This document shows, piece after piece, positions 51,701 to 64,000 of a stretch of DNA of 64,000 bases (within the stretch, counting starts at the first letter, position 1; each line of letters begins with the position of its first letter). The notes below the pieces were generated by a model that searched no databases, had not been told where the DNA came from, and worked only from the letters and a program-made list of their open reading frames with translations. The position numbers and the translations under genes are program-made. The stretch comes from Mytilus californianus. Taxonomy: Eukaryota. The DNA lies in NCBI RefSeq assembly GCF_021869535.1, contig NW_026262581.1, positions 121,086,001 to 121,150,000 of the forward strand, in the 5' to 3' direction.

Positions 51701-53819
51701 GCTTCAGAGTTACTATGAAACTACCTACTCGTGTCGAGCATCTATCCCAATGAACTAAAACTAAAGGATATTGCAAAAACAGTTATATCTGCTTCCTAAG
51801 TTGACTTCCATCTAGAAATGATCGAGCCGTCATTAACCAGGTATATACATGTATAAACCTTTTGGTTGTCATGACGCTAACCAATGAAATAAAACTTAAC
51901 ATATGACATTGGGGTTGTACAAATTGGTCCGTTTAACCCCTCAACATGTAAAACGATTGTCGTTGTGTACGACTGTGCTTTTGTCTTCTGTGTTCACGGC
52001 CGATCTTAAGGTTGTATTTTTTGTTATAATTTACAACTTGTCTGGACTGTCCCGATTTTGAGCTTGACATATTATAAGACACTAGTTTACTGTTAAAGAC
52101 CTTTTGCTAACCTGTTTTATTTTCTGGTTTTATTGTATTTTTGGGTTGCTGTATCATTGACGCAAACACACGGCGTCTTTCATTCGTGTTGAAAAGCTTT
52201 TGCTACTGTAAAAAGTCATTAAATTAAGGTCAATATATTTGTATTATCACCAAAGGACGTGACTCAAAAATTGAAATATATCACTTTATGTTTGAATCAT
52301 CAGACTTAAATTATCAATTAATACATCTTAACTAAAACGGTTTGACTTTAAAAAGTAGAATCTTCAAATTATCAAAACTTTCAAAAAATGTTATATACAC
52401 AAGTGTGCTTAATAATCTAGTTTGATCTATACTACTCTCTTTCCCTTTTATTTGTCAAAATTAAATGTTGGAAAGGTGTAAGAAAATGTAAATAAAGACG
52501 GTATAAAAGATCTTATCTCATGAAATGTCAGTTTTCATATGTGTTTAATCCAACTCTTGTATCTGTATATATCAATATACTTATACATGGACATGTGGCT
52601 CAAATCAATCTCACCTATAGGTCTTCAAGAATTGAAACATGTCAGCAATCTATAAATATTGACTTCAATTAGTACCAAACAAGTTTCCATAAAATGGCCA
52701 CACATATTGCACATACGATTCTCACGAAATTTGTTGTTTTTGTTTCTGTATTACCGACAGGGAACACATAGGAAGCTTACAATATCTTTTTCTTGTAATT
52801 TCATTTGTTTTCTTAAATTTTCGGCGCAAAGTTTGTCCATGTTTTCACAGATTACAGTTGTAAAAGCTTGCTATTCCCCCTTATACAAACAATATACAAA
52901 CTTAAGTTTGTTAGGGAAATTATACAATTAATGGAAATAAATATGAAAATGCAAGGAAAACAATTTAATTTTTTTTTCAATAATAACATTTTTTGATAAC
53001 ATCTACCATACAATGTTTAAGCGTAACTAAAATTTGAAAGAAAATGTCAATCAATATGCAGGTCCTCGAATGAATTTGATTTCGATCTTATAATAATTCT
53101 GTAATATCTGCCACTATTTACCTTTCAGGTTTGAATTAAAGGATTTTTTCTGACATATTTTTGTCGGCTTCTTATTTTGTGCTTCCTAGGTATTTTTTCA
53201 ACCACATGAAAAATCTCAAAACATAAGACATTTTCGATAATAATTATTATTTATTTTATAAATATAATCTTCATGGTCATTAAAATCACAAAATTTTAGT
53301 AACAAATTCCAACATGGAACTTGAGTATGCCACCAACATACTAAATGTTTAATTTTTGTATCAATTTATAGATCTCGACAATGGAACCAATAATTAAGTA
53401 GGATACAAGTTTTTTAATTAGCTGTGCAACCATTATATTATAACTGGTCTATATGGTGTTCAAGATGAGCAAATATTTGCCGATTCTGTTTAAAATGGCG
53501 TTTCAAATGTTTGACAACTCTCTGGCGCCGAAACTGCTCATTTATTCATCAAATCACCAATATTTAACAAAAGATACATAGATTATATACATAGAAAATT
53601 AGCACTAAATCAATTAAATTGATCTGAAAGTAAACTGAAGAAATGAAATTCTGCATAAAGGATACTGATACTATTACTTTATTCACATAAGATATAATAA
53701 CAGTAAATATTAAGGTGTATTATTTCATTATATTGTATCAGGTTAAATATCAACGGAACGGATAATATCATGACAAAATACTTCCAGGTTTTTTTTTTAA
53801 AAGAGACATTTTGTTCACA

Positions 53820-53821
<2 letters not shown>

Positions 53822-53861
<40 letters not shown>
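53822..53861. repeat. (AT)20 microsatellite
   Basis: Read directly. Confidence 0.9.
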
Positions 53862-53865
<4 letters not shown>

Positions 53866-56800
53866 ATTGCCATATATATATTTGTTAAAAATAAGAAAAT
53901 AAATAAATGAATTCTGCGTTTAAAGTACAAAGTAGCATGACTTTAAATTACTAGTAATAAAAGACTAGGAATTCAACATTATTAATTTTGTTGACTTCGT
54001 ATGAAAAGGAAAACCATACAGTCAGGTTTTCAGCAAACATATAATTCACTTTAGGTTGCAATGCATGCAGAATTTGCTAAAACCACGAAATCAAGTTTAC
54101 ACAGATATTCTTTTTATCCTCAATCCACCTAACTTAATCAATTTACAATGTTTTTTTAAAACCTTATACGTACTTGTACATGTATCAAATATGTTAGTTT
54201 TTTTTTTAAGAGAAAATTGCCATCCCCCGTCCCAATGTATATCTTTAACTCATGGTTGCGGGAAGTTGATGTTAGTATTGAAGTGTTAAATAATGGCTTT
54301 CAACAAGTATCAATAATTATGCTAAAGGTAACTTTTCCTAATTTTGAAGAAAGTTTTTGCAAATGATTCAAAGGATTCTTAACAATTATATACATATATC
54401 CATAAATCTAAAATATAATTCAACACAACACAGCGACGTTCAGTCAATTTTCATGCAACATTGCAAATTTTAGTCTTTTTGTGAAAACTTGAAACGGAGC
54501 GAACACGACACCAAAATGAATTATTTTTATCTGAAAGACCACACTTATTAGACACACGGGTTCTGATCCCCTCGTGTGTTCTTTCTCCTCTTCTTATACT
54601 TTAGCTATCTTATTTTGGGTTAAAAATGTCAATCTTGTTTATATAAATACTCAAAACTGTAATAGATTTTCGAGTCATCTACAGTAAAATATTAAGGAAT
54701 ACATCATAATGTTGTTAAAATATTAGAGTATACTGTAATACTGGGAATTTTAGTAAAATATTGAAAGGCATTTTACAAATGTCTCAGTTGTGGAATGAAT
54801 TCAGGGGAATCTGGCCTACCCCTATGTTTTGTTTTAGAATAGCCTTCCTGTTTCATTTTTGTTTCAGATGTAATACTTCAAACCGCTTTTTTAGCTGTCA
54901 ATAAACAGTTATAATTTTATTCAGAAAGGCGCTATAACGTCAACAGAAAATGAAAGTTTGCATATGAAACTTTAACAGTATTAATGTCAGTAAAACATCA
55001 CAGAGGTTTTTTTTAAATGACCCTGCACATGGAAATTGGTGGTAAAATTTTTGTGTTTTTTCCTCGGTGTTGTTATGAAAAAATCAAATATGCACTCATA
55101 TTACAAACTACCGTACACAATTTGTACAAATTGATTATGATACAAGGTGTAAAAGTTTTAGTGTAATGATATCTATATAATCTACATCAATCAAGAGAAG
55201 GCTCGAAAGATCCTTTGATGAATTATATGGACTTACGTAAAAGGTGCATCATACTTTTATCCCTACTGATTGGTCATGGCGTATTACATGCAAACAGGTT
55301 ATAATATAAAAGCAAAGGAATGCCTTTAATAATTCATAATTAAATTGAACAATGTGAAATGTACTATTTTAATCAAATTAACGACTTATCTGACTATATA
55401 TATTCTGAATAATTATAATTCAATTCACTTTTATTTAATTCAATTTATCAAATGTATAATTTTTACTAATGTTACACCCGGCGACCGTTCCATTAGCCTG
55501 TAATTTGATAAAATTAATTAGATTTAACAAATCAAATATGAAATTTTACATAAAATATGATATTCAAAATTACACAAAATGACATCTCAATTTAAGAAAA
55601 ACTCCGCCTTCTACAAGTTCAGCATTTTGTTCTTTTTCACTTTTTGTGTCTTTGTCGTTTATCTTGCATTCGAATTAAAACCCTGCTCAGGTGTTTAAAT
55701 TAAAATAAAATTATATTTTTGACATAAAATGACACAATGCTAAAAACTATAATCATCCTCATTTGATATCACAGAATCTAATTAAGCTTCCCTTTATTAA
55801 GAAAATGGGTAAGAAAAGAATTAATTTTACTCTTAAAAACTCCATTGAGAATTTGTTAACCGTTTTAGAAATTTATTGATACACGACAAACTGCACATCG
55901 AAACCACTTGTAAGTCTACCCTGTTTTATTGGAATACTGATTGTACGGTATTGAATCGCCATTTTAACAGGTTATTGTACTCGATCCGCCCAGCCAAGCC
56001 CAGTGTATTTAAGATGTGTGAAAAATGAATATAGTAATAAAAAGTATCCTGTCGCAAAGTATTACTTATTTAAATACTCAATTGACACTCTATAATTTGC
56101 TTAACATTTTTTGGTGTCAGTTGTATTGCGCTTTCTAAGAAGAAAAGCGTGAAAAATGTACTGAATTTTCAAATCTACACGTTGAAGAATTCTGTAAACA
56201 CTGAGCAAATCAACTCTTGTTTTAAACGTTTCCAAATGATTATCAGACCTTACTGAAAACACACATGCTTACTTTTTATAAATTTACACTTTAAAACATT
56301 TCACGAAACAAAGAGCTACTAAATTGTAAAAGTTTGTATCAAAGGGATGTATTATTCTTGTCTTTCAATACATGTATCTTATATATGAAAAATGGCTTTC
56401 TTTCCACATGTTCAAAATTTTCTCTGGAAAATACTCGACCAAACTGCATGGAAAAAACTCAGGAGTACTGTTTTTTGAATTTCCTTATTGGCTTTCAATC
56501 GAGTAAAAACATGACCATGAGTATCTGATTAAATTCAACGAAATTTTAGGATGGATGTGGGAGTGTTTCTTAAAGAATTCTGGTGTCGCAAACAAGTCGT
56601 CAAAGGTGTTACACAGGTTTACATTGAACCCATCTTCTCGTTGGTCTCGCGCGGGTATGGGTGACATGTCTTCTTGCATGGGGACTGTTACCTTATGAAC
56701 TAGCATGTTGAAAATCCGACTTACAAATGTCTAGAACAATGCAGGTTCATATTCGTATCTCTAACATTTTTTGGTTCTGATATGTATCTAATATTTGCCA

Positions 56801-59518
56801 CTACACTTTAAGCCCCAACCAATCATCATTATTACATTAAACATGTTGAGGAGGCATCATTTTAACCGTCTCCATTTTAACTACTTGACCATTCAATACA
56901 TTTAGCAGGATTGGGCCTTTGAAGATCGTTTATATAAATTCATCATTATTTTTCATTTTGGACAAATTAAAATTTTTGCCGTCAAAGGGAATTTTATATA
57001 TATTTTTTTTTATTTTGCCTTGATTGATTATAGATATGAAACTGCAAGGCCAACTATCACATGACAATTGAGAGACCCTTTACAAAGTTTCCTCGCTTCC
57101 AGATGATGCGAGTTTTAGAGGTTATGATGCATTATATTGCATTTTAACTTCCTCTCTACAATAACGTGGCCATTCGAAATAAGCCATAGCTTAATTAACA
57201 TATGAAATTTATTTTATTAAAAAGCTTCTCGTTGTGTTTCTATAAGACAAAAAGTCGGATAGAGTCTATTTTTTTAGTGGTCATTTTCATATTCTGTAGC
57301 CTCAGAATGTACAAGGCAATAATGGTTGAACCTTTGTAGGTATTATGATTGGGAGATCCTCGTGTTAGCATACATGGCGGCAATATTACAACATTGGTTT
57401 CTATTCAATGATGTGACATTTTCTTCAAAGAAAAAATAAGAGATACTGTAAATACAAAAACAAAACCAATAATTAATTCTAAAAGAGTTTCCTTTTTGTA
57501 TGTTGTAATATGATACAAGTTGTAGTTTTAAACTATATATAGATATAAGAAGATGTGGTATGCCTTTTCTAAACATTTCAATTTTCAGGAAACTGACACT
57601 ATTTTGTTCACTTCCTTTCTGATTTCTGCAATCTGGGTTTTTTCAACATTGTATTCATTCCCTAAAAGTGTATTTATAAAAATTCAAATCGCAATTGTTA
57701 TTCCTCTTTCAATAGGATCTTAATTGATAATACGTTGGTAGAAATTGGTTTATGTTTTTGAAGCATGCATTTAAAGATCGGTTTTGACTTTTTTGCATGA
57801 TACAGTACTTTAAACGAATGAAAATCCGTGATAAACAACAGTTACAATAGTAACAAAATGTTGTCCATACTAAGACTTGTTCGACTGTTGATATACTAGC
57901 TCTCTGTCACTGTAGAATTTGTAGAGCTGATTTTTTTTATAGATATTTGAATAAAGGGCATAGTTTTTTTAGCAGTTTCAATAGTTGTTTGAGCTTGAGC
58001 TATTACAGTCATTTCTTTATATCGACGAAACCGAACGAAACTAGATATAATTGATGGAATCACAATCTCGCAATGATACTATCAGAAAGGGTGGGGGAGG
58101 GGTGGGGGTTGCATTTCAGTATGAAATCAAGTTTAAAGACTGCTAATCCAAAACTATTTGACAATATACTGTTAAACTACTTCCAAAATACGCACTTTTC
58201 GCACATCCGGTATATTCAAATTCGAGACTTTTATCAGCTGTATATCAGCTGATCTTAGATACCAGGATTACAAATTTATTCGCCAGACGCGCGTTTCGTC
58301 TACAAAAGACTCATCAGGAACGCTCGAATCAAAAGAAAGTTAAAAAGTCCAAATAAAGTACGAAGTTGAAGAGCATATGTGAACTTATTAATGAGTCAAA
58401 TAACTAAAACCTAAATCAAATTTTAAGTTTGATGAAAAATAATACAGGATGCTTTAATAAGAGATCAATAAGATAACCTAAAGAGACAACCATCATGTTC
58501 TTTGTTCATTATGCTTTGAAATTTTGAAAAAAAATCGGTATATAATTAATATATAGCGGGCCGTATGGTTTTATTCCTAAAACTATAAAAAAAAAAAGAA
58601 TCACATAAAAAAGCTTATTAATTATATTCCAAATACGCTATATATTTTACGCATTTAAAATGAAAAAATATTCGGAACTTACAACCAACATGTTAGTGTT
58701 TGTATAGAAAGGTTAGAAATATGACGCCTTAAATGGTTTATTCTGATAAATTAAATCGACACAGTAGAGAAACAAAGTTAGAATGCCTTCTCCATTCTTT
58801 GTATCTATATCACCATATTGTCGATATTACTTGCAAATAATAAGTTAACTGAAGTAAGCCTTTTATGTCTCTTCTTTTTCTAAAAGTACTTCCAGAAGAG
58901 AAAAATAAAGGAAAGAAATGAAATGGATTAATAACAAAAAAATAAATAAACGAAGAACCTGAAGCATTAAAGAATAGTAACATTTTAGTTCATGAACATG
59001 AATTTTATATATTTGTTGTTAAAATTTTTCTTCTTCAAAATTTGAAGACAAATTATCATGAAATATCAGGTGTGTTTATCGATACGTCTTTTGGGAAAAT
59101 TAAGGTTTATTTACCTAATTAATATTTGTTATGAATACCTTTATTCCTCGGTTTGATTAAAAGATTGGAGTTAATGCAAATTATGTGAAATAACGCACTG
59201 TAACTCTGTCAAAGGAGAAGAAATGTAAACAAATGAAGTGGATAGAGGGTAAAAATGATTAGACTATTATGACAAGTGTGTTCAATATGGTTCTATAATT
59301 ACTATCAGGGAGGTTCGTCAAAATATTCTAACCAATACCAAAACACTTCCAGTGAATCTCAAGTATTTACATTACAGCCCGTCTTAGTTCTAAAGTAAAT
59401 ATTTAACACAAATCTAATGATATAATTCTAACTTGGGCGGAGTTATGATTTTGGTTATAACATCTCAGTGCTGAATGATAAAATTAAAAACGTGTGAAAC
59501 TGTTGATAGGAAACGATA

Positions 59519-61222
59519 ATGAATCCGATAACAGCATTGTACCCCGTAACAGAGAAAGGGACGAGAAAGCCCAAGTGTGCCCGATGTAGGAATCATGGTA
59601 TGGTATCATGGCTTAAAGGACACAAAAGACATTGTAAATACAAGGAATGTGCTTGTGCCAAATGCAATCTTATTGCCGAGCGACAACGAGTTATGGCAGC
59701 ACAGGTAGCACTGAAGAGACAACAGGCCGCTGAAGATGCCATTGCCTTAGGTTTAAGGGCATGTACAAGTGAGCATGGTATACCGGTAATGACACAAGGA
59801 CCTTTATGGGGATCTTCAGCCATTACTCCTCCTGAGAAATCCAAAACAGACGAGGAAAAAAAGGAAAAAGGTAAATTTTAATCAAAAAAGTTTATTTTAT
59901 TCATATTCTTTAACGACAAAAACCTATCATCAAAAAGAAACGGATCTATAGTTATGAAAATAATTTGTTCAAAATTTTACTGCAGTATTGAAGTGGTAAA
60001 TATCGTGACTAGTGTTTTTTTTTACAAGAATCCATTGTTGATTCCATTGTTGAAACTGTACTTGTCTCAGTCTTGTCTACCAGTCACTTACTGAAAAAAA
60101 GATGACCTACAACTTTCAGTTAAAATTGAAAAAATAACCCATATCAAATATTGTACATCACGGTTTATTTATTTGAAAGTAATATAAATTCTGGACTTAA
60201 GGAATAATAAGTATAAATAAGTAGTGCAGTAATTTTGCAATATCTATTTATTTAAAAAAAAATATCAAGTTTAATATTAAATATCATTTATAGTAATTGT
60301 ATCTTAATTGAAAACACAGTACTTTTATTTTATTTAATTTATTTTTAAACATGTATTTAAACATAAATTTAATCCATAAAATGTATTTTATTTATAAATT
60401 TATTTGACTAATTTACTGTTTTAAGACTGATATTATATGAAATATTTCTATCAAATAACAGAAATATTCCTTTTGATTTTAGGTACAGAATCTGGTAATG
60501 AACGTCGGATAGACTCATCAACTCCAGAGTCCGTAGACAGTGGCGACAAGTATCACCAAGAGGAGACAACTCAGTATGCACCAACTACATTTCTACCAGG
60601 GAGATTAAACAATCTAGAAATACTGGAGAGAGTATTTCCATTTCAAAGGAAGTCAGTTTTAGAACTTGTTTTACAAGGTTGCAACGGTGATCTTGTGAAA
60701 GCCATTGAACAATTTCTTTCGACGCAAGAAAACATGACAGCACAGCAGACATGTTCTACAATCAAAAAAGACTTCAGGCACCATCCATATTTAGGATCTC
60801 ATAATTTTCAGAGTACATTGAGAAACTATGACATGAATAAACTTTCGCCATTAGGATCGATGCGATCAGCATTCAGTCCGTTCTCTTCTCCTTCTGCTCT
60901 ATCATTTAATGGACTACATTCAGCATTCAGTCAAAACATGTCTCCGTCAAATTCTTATGGGACGTCGTTTTATTCTCCACATTTGAGGTCGATGGACTTA
61001 TTTTCGTCACCTGCACAATATCCGTATTCTCGTTACGCTTCACTGAACTCTAGTCAGCTGCCTGGATTTTTTGCATCGCCGTTTTGTGTCCAGCCATACA
61101 AAACCGGGTATGGTGGAATTTCTTTAAATACAGAAAACCGTGATAAAAATAACAAATCGCCAACGTCAGAAACCGGAAATGGATCGGATTCATGGGACGA
61201 TCATGGAAAAGATAAAGATTGA
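59519..61222 (+). CDS. Dmrt93B: Doublesex/mab-3-related transcription factor with DM and DMA domains, Dmrt93B-like; join(59519..59870,60483..61222), 363 aa
   Basis: Exon 1 has the DM domain [64 protein letters not shown]. Phase-1 intron 59871-60482 (GTAAAT...TTTTAG). Exon 2 has the DMA motif [39 protein letters not shown] family is near certain. The subfamily call rests on the recalled LKRQQAxEDAIA tail and is less certain. AATAAA at 61568. Confidence 0.88.
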
Positions 61223-62844
61223 AGTTAATATTCAAATTGTATGTTGATACAGTATAATTAAAACAGTTAAAACATTAGTAAATTATTACAGGAAATGGGT
61301 GTTTTTGCTCAACATCTTGAATTTTCAAATAGCAATGTGTGAAAAATGTGAATAATGTGTTGTATTAAAATAACTATTTGTAGAAAATACAAAATGTTGT
61401 GTTTAATAAGCCCTTTACAGTCAAAAGTGCTAAAGTCATGGAAGACACTGTTAGAACACATAGCTGTAATTACGATTCTATGTTTACAATTTTAATATTA
61501 GGCAGAGTTAACGCATGATGATATTATTCAATTAATAATTTATTCAATATTAAATCAATTAGCCATAAATAAACATATTCCAAAAATCTATTTGAATGTC
61601 AACAAATTTCATTATTTTTTGTATGATCTTATATCGAATATCATTTGGGTGTATAAAAGTGAACTTTTACAACAGTTGTGTTAGAAAATGGCATTTAAGT
61701 AGAGGGTGTTAAGTTCCTCTATTCACATTTGATAGATTACAACGCATGTTGCATTTTCATGCATATGTGAAAAACAACTACTGGACACGATTATATACCC
61801 TAACGTGGCAACATGCAAGGCCAAATCATTAACTGTTAAAGATGGTAAAACATTTTTTTCCTGAAAATAAATATAGCACTGTTCAAATGTTCCTTGAAAA
61901 TGAAGCACTTTGCAATCCATTCGAGTTTCTGGGCGAGCTTGCAAATTTATTATCGATACTTGAAAAGACTTGAAAATGACGTCATTGCCGCCGTTGATTG
62001 ACTCCTCGAGGTTGACTCTAGTCGAAATAAATAATTTATACTATATTGAAATTGAACATACTTATCTTCGACAATTTACTGAGAAAAAAATTATAATATT
62101 AAATATGATTATTATAAACCCTTTAGTGAAATAATAAATTGTTCATTTTGAGAAAACCGGACAAATTGTGCTCTCTCAAAATTCCGTGTAAACCCTGTAA
62201 TATTTTCATTTTAAATATTTGCTTACACACTAACACTTTATATTATCCTGTTATGTACCAATTGTAACGTTTATCCAATACAGAAAGATACTTGGAATTT
62301 TCTAAGAGGATAAATATTTGTTTTTAAACACGGGATTAAATTGTCCACAAACCATACAACATTTACAATATTCAAAATTGTATACAATGTATCTATATAA
62401 GAAGTATGACAAACTAATTAATAACTTGTGACAGTTTAAAATACACAATGTCTACATGATTATAATTTAATGCTGTAATTGGTTTACTCTTTCAAAATTA
62501 TTTTATTTTCAGACTAAATCTTGCTTGCAGAATTCCTGTTAGTTATGATTTTGCTAGTATTTCGTTCGGTCGAATATTCACAAAACCGATACAAGTCCAC
62601 CACATGCATGTGTTTGTGTCTATCTTAAGTTAGGAACCTTGCACATACGTGTTCATGTGGTTGTATTTTTATTCAAAATTTTACGGAGTAGAGCGTTAAT
62701 TTAAATTTGATGAAGAAGGGTGGTCATGTAAGATTATTGGTTTTATCATTTGTATTCATCCATAACTCCAGGTGATTTTGAGTATGCCATATTGTTAAGG
62801 CGCTTGTCAGTAGTTAGTGACAGTTGGACGACTTATAATACAAG

Positions 62845-63000
62845 AACATGAAGACAGGGTATGATTGCCAATGAGACAACTATCACTATAGACCAACTGA
62901 CGTAGATTTAAGCAACTAGAGGTCATTATACGGCCTTCAACAATGAGCAAAACCGATACCGCATAGTATGCTATAAAAGGTCCCGACATGACACAATGTA
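62845..63000 (-). mobile_element. CTCATTGGCAATCATACC family repeat
   Basis: GGTATGATTGCCAATGAGACAAC...GGCCTTCAACAATGAGCAAAACC. Confidence 0.7.
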
Positions 63001-63512
63001 AATATATTAAGTCACACACTAATATCCTATTCAATACAAATTGAGAATTATTTTCTTGGTCTATTTTCTGCGTTGTTAGATAAGTTGCTTATTGCTGTTA
63101 ACTGCCATACCAGTTGTATGGATGTATACTTGCATGCACATTTTGTATCATATTCTTTGCATGTTTACAATGTAAACCAGATCACGAAGTTCAATCATAG
63201 TTCCTACTAAAAATGAAAAAAAGATATCAAGTAAACTTCAAATAGATTTAAAATATGCAACAGTAATTCATTAAAAACATCTAATGATAACAAAGTATAT
63301 ATAAGACATGCAATAACACAGTCTTTTTACATAAAGATGAAGAATGTCTTACACATGCTTATTTTTCCTTAACACATTTCTTCTTCTATTCCTTTCAAGT
63401 AATTCCAGCCAATTTTATGCTTTTCCTAAATGATGATATCATGAACTGTATCAATCTCATACCCAGATCTCTGATTGGACAGTACAAAGTTACATACAAT
63501 AATATAACATCT

Positions 63513-63944
63513 TGTAAGGTTATTATTTGTATCATGATCCATGTATCACCGTGTAAGGTTATTATTTGTATCATGATCCATGTATCACCGTGTAAGGTTA
63601 TTATTTGTATCATGATCCATGTATCACCGTGTAAGGTTATTATTTGTATCATGATCCATGTATCACCGTGTAAGGTTATTATTTGTATCATGATCCATGT
63701 ATCATCGTGTAAGGTTAATATTTGTATCATGATCCATGTATCACCGTGTAAGGTTAATATTTGTATCATGATCCATGTATCACCGTGTAAGGTTAATATT
63801 TGTATCATGATCCATGTATCACCGTGTAAGGTTAATATTTGTATCATGATCCATGTATCACCGTGTAAGGTTAATATTTGTATCATGATCCATGTATCAC
63901 CGTGTAAGGTTAATATTTGTATCATGATCCATGTATCACCGTGT
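63513..63944. repeat. 39-bp minisatellite, 11 copies
   Basis: Unit TGTAAGGTTA(T/A)TATTTGTATCATGATCCATGTATCACCG. It explains the two 176-aa repetitive ORFs. Confidence 0.95.
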
Positions 63945-64000
63945 TAATGAAAATAACACTTTGTACATAGGTTCGTCAAGCACTTTTCTTGATTTACTTT

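Noticed and set aside
56485-56706. 73-aa minus ORF and a THAP-like HCSRHL string
   Set aside because: Overlaps a SINE fragment and lacks the other THAP residues.
59593-59844. 83-aa minus ORF
   Set aside because: Antisense to the DM domain exon.
60437-60482. ATG start of the 261-aa ORF
   Set aside because: Intronic; the exon begins after the TTTTAG acceptor at 60481-82.
62380-62393. DMRT-like site GTATACAATGTATC
   Set aside because: A single imperfect hit, expected by chance in AT-rich DNA.
63395-63947. Two 176-aa ORFs on opposite strands
   Set aside because: A by-product of a stop-free 39-bp (13-codon) minisatellite; no gene structure.

Overview
AT-rich eukaryotic genomic DNA with GT-AG introns. 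The repeat landscape suggests a bivalve, probably a Mytilus mussel (inference, not checked by search). Three spliced + strand genes can be rebuilt with consistent exon phases: IFT25/HSPB11 (4 coding exons, 1270-5223, 138 aa), PRKCSH/glucosidase II beta (16 exons, 12387-32582, 535 aa, ending HDEL) and a Dmrt93B-like DM+DMA transcription factor (2 exons, 59519-61222, 363 aa). A candidate fourth gene lies on the - strand at the left edge, head-to-head with IFT25. Most ORFs in the supplied track are spurious. Non-coding DNA holds HINE/pearl-like elements with internal tandem arrays, MITEs, a tRNA-derived SINE, decayed reverse-transcriptase fragments and a 39-bp minisatellite. The most notable observations are: (1) four 16-35 bp palindromic inserts, each with a 7-bp target duplication, resembling P-element-type excision footprints, one with an empty paralogous site in the window; (2) a probable 93-nt cassette exon and a frame-required GC-AG intron in PRKCSH; (3) an ERSE-like promoter element; (4) possible ancient IFT25-PRKCSH-Dmrt linkage. 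I found no CRISPR array, rRNA or true tRNA gene. Repeat boundaries are approximate and were read by eye.
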